From Octopus bimaculoides (Eukaryota), in contig NC_068985.1 of assembly GCF_001194135.2 (NCBI RefSeq), positions 16,158,473 to 16,222,472 of the forward strand: DNA of 64,000 bases, given 5' to 3'. The notes under the pieces are model-generated. The model saw only the letters and a list, made by a program, of their open reading frames with translations. It had not been told where the DNA came from and searched no databases. The translations under genes and the position numbers were made by a program. The stretch's first letter is position 1, and each line of letters begins with the position of its first letter. Shown piece after piece: positions 11,769 through 23,481 of the stretch.

Positions 11769-13123
11769 GCCCTCACTACCGTTTGACAGCTAGTGTTGGG
11801 TTATTTACATTCCGGTAAATCAGTGGTTCGGCAAAAAGTGACCTATAAAATAAGTACAAGGCTTAGGAAAAAAAGGTACAGGGATCGATCTGTCCGACTA
11901 AAGGCTTGAAGGCGGTACTCCAAGCATGACCGTAGTTCAATGACGGAAACAAGTAAAAGATAAAAATTTAAAAATACGACTTCATTATTCCATCGTGGTA
12001 AGGAGCTTGCTTCCCAACCACATGGTTCCGGGTTCAGTCCCACTGCGTGACACCTTGGGCAAATATCTTCTGTTATAGACTCGGGTCAACTAAAGCCTTG
12101 TGAATGGATTTGGTAGACGGAAACTGAAAGAAGCCCGTCCAATATGTGTGTATGTGTGTGTGTGTGTGAGTATATCCGTGCAGGCAGGAGCCGAAAATCC
12201 TCATCAACAACAACACAAACAAGGAAGATTTTTTCATAGTCCCATGGTCTACGAGTTAGAAATAGTTAAACAGCCCTCAAATCATGCCACGTTGCGTTAA
12301 TGAAAAATTATCACAGTACATATAACATAGCCGTTCATATACTGTGTCTGAAAAGGATGAAGGGATGGTTACGGTTAGAACGCCTTTGATCATAGGCCCA
12401 CTCGACAGTAGCGTAGCTAGTGTGACAAGGGCGCGTCCTTCCTGGGCGACCCTTTTATGGATGAGGTACTTTTTGTTCTGCTGTATATGTCTGTATAAGT
12501 TGTATTGCCGCAGAAATTCTGTCTACGTCACTGATGCTGTATCAGGCTAATGTGGGTCAAGACAACATCAAGTTTGGAGGACGTGTTCAGGTGTTTTAAG
12601 GAAAATGGTCAAACTAAGATTTCCCCCCCACCCCGAGAAAAATACCTAATTGTACTTACTTTAGTCTTACTTGGTCTGAGTTCAATTCCTAGATTCTGTT
12701 TTCCCTATCCTATTTATGACGTCGATAAAACAAATATAAAGGCAAGGGAATGGCTGTGTTTAAAATTTTCTCTTTGCAACTGCGTGGTTTCGGGATCAAT
12801 CGCACTGTACGGTAGGTACCTTGGGCAACTATCTTCCACTATAGCTCCAGGCCCACCAAGTTTTTTGTGAGTAAAGGATCTTTTCTGTTTGGTTTTCATT
12901 TTCCAATTCCTTTAATTTCCAATTGACTTCAAATTTTGTGTATTGATGTAGTTTTGTATGCTAATTATGGAAGTGAAATTCATTTTCTCCCATAAACTAA
13001 TAAATAAATAAAAAGTTAATAACTTTTGCACTTTGGAAATGTTGGGTAATTTTAGCCAATCGAAAGCCACAGACATTATATAGGTACCTGTTTCCATAGT
13101 AACAAGTAAAGTATACTTTTATC

Positions 13124-13272
13124 CAGAGGTGGACTGAGAGTATTAAGGGCCCTCGGGCATAACTGTTTACCGGACCCCTTAGCACTGATTTACTTAACAT
13201 GTAGAGTGCAGGACCCTCAGAGCTTCGGGCCCTCGGACAGTGCCCAATTGACCGACGGCTCAGTCCGCACCT
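13124..13272. mobile_element. hAT-type MITE
   Basis: Imperfect TIRs cagaggtggactgag / ctcagtccgcacct; cttttatc flanks both sides (8-bp TSD). Confidence 0.7.
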
Positions 13273-13329
13273 CTTTTATCCATTTGTTGGTGCCCAACCA
13301 CGTGTAGCATACCATCTTCCTTTAATTCT

Positions 13330-13536
13330 TTTATTCTTTTACTTGTTTCAGTCATTTTACTGCGGCCATGCTGGAGCACCACCTTTAGGCAAACAAATCG
13401 ACCCAGGGCTTATTCTTCGTGAGCCTAGTACTTATTCTATCGGTCTCTTTGCCGAACCGCTAAGTTATGGGGACGTAAACATACCAACATCGGTTGTCAA
13501 GCAATGGTGGGTGAAGGGAAAAACACAGACACAAAC

Positions 13537-13568
<32 letters not shown>

Positions 13569-13790
13569 NNNNNNNNNNNNNNNNNNNNNNNNNNNNNNNN
13601 NNNNNNNNNNNNNNNNNNNNNNNNNNNNNNNNNNNNNNNNNNNNNNNNNNNNNNNGGGCTTCTTTCAGTTTCCGTCTACCAAATTCATTCACAAGGCTTC
13701 AGTCAGCCCGAGGCTGCAGTAGAAGACACTTGGCCAAGAGTGGGACTGAACCCAAAACCATATGGTTGGGAAGCAGGCTTCTTACCCCGC
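13330..13790 (-). mobile_element. SINE family C spanning N-gap
   Basis: Tail 13330-13535, (TA)n and gap, head 13655-13790. Confidence 0.8.
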
Positions 13791-13797
13791 CTGTTTA

Positions 13798-13799
13798 TC

Positions 13800-13872
<73 letters not shown>

Positions 13873-13895
13873 TATATTATTATATTATATTATAT
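13798..13895. repeat. (ATT)n microsatellite
   Basis: Direct reading. Confidence 0.95.
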
Positions 13896-13902
13896 TGTAT
13901 TA

Positions 13903-14103
13903 AGGCGGCGAAATACTTAGCACGCCGGGCGAAATACCTAGCAGTATTTCATCTGCCGCTACGGTCTGAGTTCAAATTCCGCCGAGGTCGACTTTGCCTT
14001 TCATCCTTTCGGGTTCGATTAAATAAGTACCAGCTACATACTGATGTCGATGTAATCGATTTAATCCCTTCGCCCAAATTTGAGACTTTGTGCTTCCAGT
14101 TGA
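13903..14103 (+). mobile_element. SINE family B (central gtcgactttgcctttcatcctttcggggtcgataaattaagtacca block, Meta-domain-like)
   Basis: Related copies at 3575-3790, 6410-6531, 18250-18435, 29183-29395 (+) and 34212-34372, 50735-50952, 51838-52018 (-). The domain name is from recollection. Confidence 0.8.
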
Positions 14104-14289
14104 AGGAATTCTTTTTTAGAAACGAACGGATATTTTCAGTTGTGTCTTGGATATTTTCAGCCTAAATAAGAAGTATGACCGCAACCAATTCGTATAACCT
14201 TTCGTATATGACAGATAAACTAAAAATCGAGGAGGATGCAGTTATTACTTGCAAGAGAAGAGTGTTATGCCTCAAAGAAAATTATGCAC

Positions 14290-14610
14290 AAATATACAAA
14301 TGCTGCCGGGAGTGCTACATCATTTGTGTGATGTGGGAAATATTCCATCAATATTGCACAAATGATGTTGGCTTCAATTTTAAAATCCACCCAAGACTTA
14401 ATCCCCGTGCTATCCGCCCACTGCAAAAATTGAACTCAGGACACATAACAACATTATGCCACAACTACTTTACCTCAATCGGTCCAGTTCTCTTTAATAC
14501 CATAGCAAAATACGTCAAAATGGAAACGGGTCCCATAAAATTCGAAAGTTCACTGGACAAATTTCTTCAAAAAATCCCGGACCAACCTCCTGCACCTGGA
14601 TATATCTCCA
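14290..14610 (+). mobile_element. CR1-group LINE 3' fragment, same family as 30.6-31.1 kb
   Basis: CRECYIICVMWEIFHQYCTNDVGFNFKIHPRL...FESSLDKFLQKIPDQPPAPGY aligns with the 30584-31156 ORF; ends at a gap. Confidence 0.8.
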
Positions 14611-14960
14611 NNNNNNNNNNNNNNNNNNNNNNNNNNNNNNNNNNNNNNNNNNNNNNNNNNNNNNNNNNNNNNNNNNNNNNNNCACTCTTTGCTAGAGTGA
14701 GCCATGGTTCCTCATACATGACTAAAAGACTTCACCAGGTGATGCTATTAAGTTAGACAACTTTGAGCACGATTCAGAAAAGTTTCACTGTGCCATTATG
14801 CCTCTTTAAAATCGGTTCGACTTTCTAGAAATAGCAGCCACATCACCTTCTTGTCTTCAAAAAGGAAGGAGCGCATTGAATAAAATAATTCTAGCTAGTC
14901 TATGCCTTAGGATAATGTGACATAGTCATGTCTTTGATCAGAAATAAATTCGCTGTTAGG

Positions 14961-15329
14961 TTGTTGTTGGCACTCCGTAGCTTACGACGTCGAGGGTTCC
15001 AGTTGATCCGATCAACGGAACAGCCTGCTCGTGAAATTATCGTGCAAGTGGCTGAGCACTCCACAGATACGTGTACCCTTAACGTAGTTCTCGGGGATAT
15101 TCAGCGTGACACAGAGTGACAAAGCTGACCCTTTGAATTACAGGCACAACAGAAACAGAAAGTAAGAGTGAGAGAAAGTTGTAGTGAAAGATTACAGCAG
15201 CGTTCGCCACCATCCCCTGCCGGAGCCTCGTGGAGCCTTAGGTGTTTTCGCTCAATAAACACTCACACTCGAAACCGCGATCCTATGACCACGAGTCCGC
15301 TGCCCTAACCACTGGGCCATTGCGCCTCC
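14961..15329 (-). mobile_element. SINE family A with 12-bp TSD
   Basis: tcgctgttaggt at 14950-14961 and 15332-15343 flanks the copy. Confidence 0.9.
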
Positions 15330-18249
15330 ACTCGCTGTTAGGTAGCACGAGGGTATACGACAAACTCTTTAAAATCTAGCAACCTGAATCATTCGGAGAT
15401 AAATGTCTTTGCTGAGGACACTGGATAACCTGAATGACAAAATATTGTTAATCATTGCTCCTTAGACTTGACGCTATGCTGTCAAGGTCAACTGATTAAA
15501 ATACAGGAATATGCGGTGTTGTAAATATCTTTTGCTCTACAAACAAATTCGCAGATAATAAATAAATTGACATTTGTGTTATTACGTAGTTTGAATTGTT
15601 CAACAGTTTACAAGTCTTACCGAAAGGGTATGTCATTGGTCGTTTCTTCTTAAAATATCTGGCATTTTCTTTTTTTAATCCTTATTATTCAATCTTTATG
15701 TTATGTTTGTTTTGCTTTAAAACTGTGGCTTTACTTTACACAAACAAAACGAAAAAAGTTACAACTACTTCAATGACATGGAAGCGATTGGTTTCAGCAA
15801 TGAGGCATTGCAGCTATTACTTATCCAAAGATTAGCCCTGATAGAAAAGACTTATCAAAGGTTTATAGCTGTGACCATCCCATCTGGTTTTCAAACAGTG
15901 CGTCCTGGATTTTGAAAAAATACAATTTACAGTTTTGGAAAATCCACACTAATGCATGAGTGTTTTGAAAAACGTATTATTTATCATTTTGTTAAACACA
16001 ACTGTGATTAATAAAACAAGGTAAGCGATAGTTTTCTATGTATTTTCGAAATATCGTTTCATCTTTTACGTGTTTAGTCGGACAAATCAATCCCACTCTT
16101 TATTCTTTATCAGTCTGATACTTATTTTATCAGTATCTTTTCGCCGAACCGATAGGTTTTGATGAAGTAAACAAACCAACACGGGTTGTCAAGCATTGGT
16201 GAGGACAAACACAGCCACAAAGATATGCGTGCGCATGCGCATGCACAGAGATATATATCTTTTATCTTTAATCTTTTTGTTGTTTCAGTCATCGGACTGT
16301 GGCCATTCCAGGGCACCACCTTGACGGGTTCTTAGTCGAATAAATCAACTGCAGTACTTATTTTCAAAAGCCTAGTACTTATTCTATCGTGTTCCTTTAC
16401 CGAACCGCTAAGTTACAGGGACGTAAATAACACAACACCTGTTGTTAAGTGGGTAGGCGGGGGACAAATACAAACACAATCACACACACAATCACGCAAC
16501 TGACCCTTAGTTCTTTAAAAGAATTCAGCTCTAAATATTTCAGATAAAAAAGCAAGTGATGAATGATAACAGTGATATATCTACGAATCCAGGTAACAAA
16601 AAAAAGTCACAGGGGTTTTGTCCAGTGAGGTTTTGTCCGAAGGGATTTTGTCCAGGGGGTGGGTTGTTTGGATCCCATAAATTAATTGTGATTTTTTCCC
16701 TGTGACTTTATTAACAGTCACCATAAATTAATTGTGACATTTTTTTTCATCCTAGCCAAAATTGTGACTTTTTTTCCTGTGACTTTATTACCGGTCAGCC
16801 GACCAAGAAAATTCTGTTTGACATGATCGTGATAGCCAGTAAAAAAAAAAAATTTTTTTTAAAAGAAAGGAAAAAAATCCGTCTCTGCAGAGCTCCTTCG
16901 ATTCTGAAAATAATGAAATATTTTTCAAGTGACGAAAATAGACAAAAGACTCTTACTCTCCTTCTGCAAAACAAATTTTCTAAAACTGGATCAAAACAGC
17001 CAATTTTGTTGGATATAAAATGAAGCTAAGAAGGAGTGCAATTTGAGAGATTTGGGTTTAAACGTATGACATTGAAAAATGTTAGGTTTCGTGTTTCTTT
17101 TTAAATGAGAAAGCAACCTAACTCACAAAGCATACGAAAAATGTTTGTTATCAGCAGGCCGTGATGAGGTTGAGGGACAATTGAGTGAATACAAATAACA
17201 AAATGCCGTTGTAAGGTCAACTACCTTACTGTATACTTGTAGTTAATCGAGCAGAACTGTGAGTATTTGAAAATTATTATCGAAACTTTATTGATCACTA
17301 TCAAATAAAACAAAGTTCAACGTGGTCAAGTAAAGAACTACAACAATTTGGGCGAAGTTTTTGACATTTAACTGTGCAATTTATGCCAAAAACCTTGAAA
17401 GACTTGTTGCAGATCAGAATATGTGGCGAAGGATCGCGTTATATACGAGGGTGTGCAACAGTTTGAAGGCAAATTCATCAGCCAAAAGGATTGTAGTGAA
17501 ACCTACTCTCTCGGTTATATATTCTTAAATGGTTCGCACGGTCGTTTTTTTCAAACTGGTGACCTCCCCCAACGTGATTCTGTTCACGTAGCTTCTCTTA
17601 CTAAATGTTGACTAAGTGCCAGCTATAGGACCAACCGTTCTTTCAGTTTTTTCACTACAATTATTTCCTGTGTCGTCTGTTTTGTCTTTGACAAACCGAC
17701 TGGTGTGAGGCTATTATAGTGAAACCTACTCTCTCGGTTATATATTCTTAAATGCGGACGTAGAGGTCGTTTCTACAGGATGAACGTATCATTATTGCCA
17801 AATTCAATAACTGAACATTAGGAGAGCATTTCATCTGTGACCACCTTGTCGCTGAATCTGTCTTGGATTGCTCTTGTATCACATCTGTCTACTCTGTTCA
17901 CTCACCAAGGAACTGATAATGATGAAAGGCAATGTCAACGTCGAATCGGCAGTCAGCCATAGGTACTTTCGTTTTGAGGTATATCTTTCAAGGAAAGTAA
18001 TTCAACGTGATACTTGGCTTTTGTGCATCTACACATGTACAACTACGCATAATTTAATTTATAAAAGCATGTTGAAAATTTGATAAATGACATCTTTTTT
18101 AATAGGCAGCTGAAAAATCTCAATTTTTCATTTGAGTTTCGTATGCTACTTAGCCAAAATGAAGAGCAGCAGGGTAATGGAGGAGAAAGCAATTACTGAG
18201 AAAAGTTATTCCTTTCACTATTCTTAGGAGAGGGTCTTCTATCACAGAA

Positions 18250-18535
18250 GCGGCGAGCTGGCAGAAACGTTCTGAGTTCAAATTCCGCCGAGGTCGACTT
18301 TACCTTTCATCCTTTCGGGGTCAATAAATTAAGTACCAGTAGAACACTGGGGTCGATGTAATCGACTTAATCCCTTTGTCTGTCCTTGTTTGTCCCCTCT
18401 ACGTTTAGCCCCTTGTGGGCAATAAAGAAATAAGAAAAGTAAATAGGCGCAGGCGTGGCTGTATGATAAGAAACTTGCTTCCCAACCACATGGTTCTGGA
18501 TTCAGTCCCACTGCGTGGCACCTTGGGCAAGTGTC
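18250..18535 (+). mobile_element. SINE family B copy followed by a family C head
   Basis: gcggcgagctggcagaa...gcaataaagaaataag, then ggcgcaggcgtggctg...ccttgggcaagtgtc. Confidence 0.8.
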
Positions 18536-18957
18536 AGCCCACAATGCTCTCCAAGAACAGTTCAAGCACTTAGAACAGGGTTCATATGACCCCTGAGGGT
18601 CCAAATAAGATTTTTGGGGGTCCATGCAACAAAATTGTAAATTGGGAATCTGCAATAATATTTTAAGGGCCACAGAAAAAAATTTTGTTTTAGATCAATG
18701 TATTGGTATTTATTGCAAGAAACAGCTAGGTTTCTTTCTCTAACATTTTAACATAGTTCAACCTACACAAGTGGACTCTGAAGATAATTGGAGACAATAC
18801 CGAATTAAACAATGTGTCAAACAGATTATATTAAAAATAAGTTTTTACATTTCATTTCAGTAGAAACCAACAGCAGTTGCTTTGCTCCAAGAACTAAAAC
18901 GTAACCAATATATATCTCTAAATGAAGAGAAAAAATTATTGGAATATAGTTGAATAG

Positions 18958-19138
18958 TGACAATGGCAACATCTACATCTCCTGGTTTGGATACATTTGC
19001 GATGGAATTAACTACTACTCCCGAAAATACTGAAACAAAGCCATTGGTTGTACCTCTTGTGTTGAGCCTATGTTTGGTTTTGCTGCTACTGTTGGTTGCT
19101 GCTTACTTTTTTTGGCGATGGAAAACAGGCAGAAAAGT
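18958..19138 (+). CDS. Exon encoding Ser/Thr-rich stalk plus transmembrane helix of an unnamed single-pass membrane protein
   Basis: MATSTSPGLDTFAMELTTTPENTETKPLVVPLVLSLCLVLLLLLVAAYFFWRWKTGRK: a ~22-aa hydrophobic run followed by basic residues. Donor GT|gtaagc (phase 2). The 5' end is uncertain: weak acceptor gaatag at 18957, or in-frame ATG at 18963. Confidence 0.7.
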
Positions 19139-19373
19139 GTAAGCTATCAAAATATGTTATTTTCTTTGTTTCTCCTATTCATACAAAAGGCTTTTGATTT
19201 TAATTTAAATGTGATTTACGGAGATGTACTTGCATAGCAAGTGACTTGATCTGAGATCGTGTGCTGAAACAAAAACAATTGCAGCATGGAATGTGTTTAT
19301 AAGTCATTTAAATACACACAAAAACCGTTAGATTCACTTCAACATTTAAATTTAATTTGTCAAAATATTTTCA

Positions 19374-19458
19374 TCGCTTTGAATCCGTGACCTGTTCACT
19401 GACAAAATTCCATGTGGCATGGAATTTTATCAGTGAACAGGTCACGGTTTCAAAGCGA
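19374..19458. repeat. Near-perfect 41-bp hairpin
   Basis: Arms 19374-19414 and 19418-19458, 2 mismatches, 3-nt loop. Confidence 0.9.
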
Positions 19459-19640
19459 CAAAAAGTATCTTCCATGTCATTCATGTCATTAAAGGAAAAA
19501 ACAATAACTTTTGTTGGTGAGTGACCAACCAATGACAAGAAATTTTAAGAACTTTATAACAAGTAAACAAAAGAACATAAATTAGAAATGATCTAATTAT
19601 AAATCTCACAGAGAGACTTAAGCAGCAGTGTTACTATAAA

Positions 19641-20020
19641 GCAGTTGTATGCTGTCAACTTAACGGGGCAATCCCGATAAAGGAATCATACTGCTGGTAT
19701 TTAGCAGCATAATTAGATCATTTCTAATTTTTGTAATCAGTGAATGTCTTTTCACTAGAAATATATATGTTTGTGAGAGATTGACTGGCGTGTTCAGCCA
19801 GCCGGTCGTGCTGCTTCATGCTGATGACGAGCAATGACTCAGAAACATGTCTCTGAATGCAGGCTAGACTAAGTGGAGGTACTTGTCTCCCCCTCATAAA
19901 CATAAGGACACAGGAAATGTGTCAAGGCCGACAGGAAACGGTCCAGCTTCCTAGGGCTAAATAGCAGCAGTATGATTCCCTTATTAGGATTGTCACGTTA
20001 AGTTGACAGTATACAACTGC
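19641..20020 (+). mobile_element. Penelope-like remnant: 65-bp inverted repeats enclosing a hammerhead motif
   Basis: 19641-19705 vs reverse complement of 19956-20020: 58/65 identical by eye. Hammerhead motif at 19811-19862. Confidence 0.55.
19811..19862 (+). ncRNA. Minimal type-I hammerhead ribozyme-like motif
   Basis: ctgcttcatg-CTGATGA-cGAGcaatgaCTCa-GAAA-CATGT-C-tctgaatgcag: intact core, palindromic ACAUGU stem III, imperfect stem I. Confidence 0.6.
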
Positions 20021-20023
20021 TCA

Positions 20024-20091
20024 AAAGAACATAGATGAATAAGTAAACGAAAGAACATAGATTAATAAGTAAACGAAAGAACATAGATTAA
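20024..20091 (+). repeat. 26-bp minisatellite, ~2.6 copies
   Basis: aaagaacatagat(g/t)aataagtaaacg repeated. Confidence 0.9.
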
Positions 20092-20529
20092 ACACGTGAA
20101 TTGTAGTCGTCTTTTCCCTTATAATTCCTTAATTTCAATTTCAAATTTCTGATCCTACCACATATCATGACAAAATAATCATCTCTCTTGTAATCGTTGT
20201 GACCACTATGGAAACCACATGTGAGTGAAAGTATAATTACCTAGATATGGAAAACAATTGGTTTTTCAGCCACGTTTTCTGATAAGTTTGGTTTCAGATG
20301 TAGTGGTTAGATGTGCATGATAGTAAACAGATGCAAAAGGAATATGTATGCCTTTGAAGTAAACAAATGAGTGAATGGATTCATAATTAAAAATAATTTA
20401 TTCACTGGACTTAATTTGTCGTTGGTACACATAATTCTTCACTACATGCAAAATGTTGACAACTGCTACGAGTTGCTAGAAATAGAAACAGGGTACATCT
20501 GTAGAAATGATGCGTCATAAATGAATATA

Positions 20530-20530
<1 letters not shown>

Positions 20531-20618
<88 letters not shown>
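20531..20618. repeat. (GT)n microsatellite
   Basis: About 42 GT units. Confidence 0.98.
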
Positions 20619-20621
<3 letters not shown>

Positions 20622-21125
20622 TAGTTCATCTGATACTGTAGTCTACCGTGGAACTTCGAACATTGCTCTGGTCTCTGCTGTCGCCAAAACCTGTTGTGTC
20701 GTAGAGTTTCCTCGTTTGGCTGCCAGGGCCTTCTCTCCGCTTCTGTCTTGTTGACCACTGAATTTATAAGAATCGTGGAAGCTAGAAGGACAGACTTATT
20801 GCAGCAGAGTTTGTACCTAAATAGGTCAGCTCCTGTCCATTTGAACTTCACCTGACATGGCCTTAGGTCGAAGGTTAAAGGGAGATGATCAATCACTTTT
20901 TGACAGGACAAAGAAAATCTGTTTTCGCACCTGTTGATCATGGTGGTTTGAATGACCAAGAATTCTTAGATTCGGTTTTGAATCTTGGCTTGGAGAAGGA
21001 AGTATTAATTTTTACACAAACTTAAAAAAACTTGAAGTATTTAATATTTTCCATTTTACCATTTTATTTGATTTTTCAAGTACGTTTGTCATAGCATGTA
21101 ATTGTATCTTATTTGTGTTTCACAG

Positions 21126-21225
21126 ATTTCCTTTTTCCACAATCTGCAAAGCCAGACCTGTAAGGAAAAAAGTATCCATAGAAATTCCTGACAGTGAAAT
21201 GTATTCAGAAATTGTGGATAGAAAA
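21126..21225 (+). CDS. Cytoplasmic exon of the membrane protein
   Basis: Acceptor ttgtgtttcacag| and donor |gtaaat. Phase 2 to 0 fits both neighbours. Encodes (V)FPFSTICKARPVRKKVSIEIPDSEMYSEIVDRK. Confidence 0.7.
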
Positions 21226-21713
21226 GTAAATAATTACTATTTTATCTTTCTTTTACCAAATAAGCTTTTCTTTCACACACACGCGCGCGCATGCATGCAC
21301 ACCCTGCCCCAAACACACATACACTATCTTTTTGTGATTTATCCAGTGTACCCTGAATGTTTTTTGTCTTTCATTGATGGCTTTCATTTCTTCTTGTCAT
21401 TTTCTGTCAGGGATGGACTGAGCCGTCAGTCAATCGAGCATTGCCTGAGGGTCCAGAGCTTTGAGGGGCTCGCACTCTACATGCTAACTCTCTTTCATAG
21501 CTATGCTAAGAGGCCTAGCGAACAGTTATGCTGGATGGCCCTTAATACTCTCAGTCCGCCCCTTCTTTCTGTCCTCTCTTTTACTCTTTTCTGACAAGTC
21601 ATAGTTCATCTGAGCACTGTACACAATGAGCTCATTATTATAAACACATGCAGTGGTTCACATATCAACTCTACGATTTCACACGTTCAACTCCTTCCTA
21701 AAGTATTTTTATA

Positions 21714-21990
21714 CGGGGTCTGATCAATAAGTATCCAGACTGCTGCCATAACAATGAAGCTAAAGCACACGGTGAAGCCACTTGAAGCAGATTGACCTTG
21801 AACTCTGATGTGCATGCGCACAAAGTTTTAACATTCTAGCTCACTTTACAACAGTGCTTTGAAGGAAAGTGTGTAGCATGTGATCGTTGTATTGACCATG
21901 ACAGAGAAAGTTGAGCAGAGAATCTGTATCAAACTGTGCCAAAAGCTTGGTGATACTTGCTCAGAGTCCTATGCAAAGTTTTCAAAAATT
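21714..21990 (+). mobile_element. Mariner element 5' end with transposase N-terminus
   Basis: TA|cggggtctgatcaataagtatcc terminus; ATG at 21898 gives MTEKVEQRICIKLCQKLGDTCSESYAKF (mariner HTH EQRxxIKFCxKLG). Confidence 0.75.
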
Positions 21991-22329
21991 TTCATTGTTT
22001 TTGACACAACCAAAGAGATCTTGTGCAACTGAAACCCAAGCGTCTTTTTTGGTCNNNNNNNNNNNNNNNNNNNNNNNNNNNNNNNNNNNNNNNNNNNNNN
22101 NNNNNNNNNNNNNNNNNNNNNNNNNNNNNNNNNNNNNNNNNNNNNNNNNNNNNNNNNNNNNNNNNNNNNNNNNNNNNNNNNNNNNNNNNNNNNNNNNNNN
22201 NNNNNNNNNNNNNNNNNNNNNNNNNNNNNNNNNNNNNNNNNNNNNNNNNNNNNNNNNNNATATATATATATATATAAAAGAAAACAAAAAATGGGGCAAG
22301 AATGTAACAGGCGACAACAAAACATCCGG

Positions 22330-23030
22330 ATAGTTAGACGATACAAAAAAGGACAGGAAAAAACAAGGAGGGGGTCATTCAGAGCTTCCTATCTTCAGTT
22401 GTGTACCAGATTATCTTAGCAGTTTCAGCCAGTTACTACCAAAACTGCTCCAATTTGGCCAGCCCCAAGAAAATCTAAGCTAAGAGCTCTAGATTCCTTC
22501 GAAGAAAGCAGCAAATGTAGACGAAAACAAGGACGAAAAAATGTAGAAATTGTATACAATTACAAATACAACCATGTGTCTTTCGACTAAGGACAAATTA
22601 AATTAAGCTGGCGTGTGTGGAAGTGAAGCCTTACGGCAGGGACATAGAGATGATAGTCCCCTTCTAATCCCTCTGCCCATACCTCTCTCCTCTCCTTCCA
22701 CGTGACCGGTGTTCCGCCAAGCCTGACCTTTCTTTCTTGATTCGAGTACCATCCGTATAGTATCTCTTATATTTCTTCCCATGACTTTCATCTCTACGTC
22801 TCTGCCTCCAGGCTTCACTTCCACATACACCAGCTTAATTTAATTTGTCCTTAGTCAAAAGACACCTGTTGTTAAAGTCCTGTTGTTTGTATTTGTAATT
22901 GTGTACAATTTCTCCGTTTTTTTCGTCCTTGTTTTCATATACATTTGCTTGCTTTCTTCTAGGGTATCTAGTGCTCTTAGCTTAGATTTTCTTGCTACTG
23001 GCCAGATTGGAGCAGTCTTGAGTGTAACCG
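22330..23030. mobile_element. Foldback repeat with ~190-bp inverted arms; half copy at 53300-53710
   Basis: 22445-22631 is the approximate reverse complement of 22810-23015; spacer plus right arm recur at 53300-53710. Confidence 0.7.
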
Positions 23031-23131
23031 ACCAAAACTGCTTAGATAGTTCTATATTTAAGAGATGAGGAATTATGTACATTATTTACACTTACATTTG
23101 ACAGATATTTGTCCTCATCTTGTTTATTGTT

Positions 23132-23177
23132 AATACAACGTTTCAGCTGATATACCCTCCAGCCTTCATCAGGTGTC
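23132..23177 (-). ncRNA. Minimal type-I hammerhead ribozyme-like motif
   Basis: Minus strand GACAC-CTGATGA-AGGCTG-gagggtatat-CAGCT-GAAA-CGT-T-GTATT: palindromic ACGU stem III, GUU triplet, one stem I mismatch. Confidence 0.6.
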
Positions 23178-23428
23178 TTGGGGAAATTTCGAACCTGGGT
23201 TCTCATTCCTAAGGTATCTTTCGATGTTATTATTATCATTATTATTATTATTATTTTATGTTTGACTTTTGCTTTGCATTTGTACAAGTTGGATCCAAGT
23301 CTCACCCAGAGACCTCAAGAGATCTCAAGAGACAACAAGTTAGAAGTTCATGTAGGTGTTATGCCTAGGGTACCATATATTTGGATTTGTACATAGTGTT
23401 GTTCTAGAGAATGTTTAAAAAACCATAA

Positions 23429-23481
23429 GAGATAACTCGAATGAGGAGTCTAAAAACAGAAACAATTCCTATCATAGTAGG
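23429..23481 (+). mobile_element. R4/Dong-like (RLE-type) LINE fragment truncated by N-gap
   Basis: EITRMRSLKTETIPIIV(G) resembles the EIxRMWxxxxxVIPIVVGALG motif of restriction-like-endonuclease retrotransposons. Confidence 0.55.
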
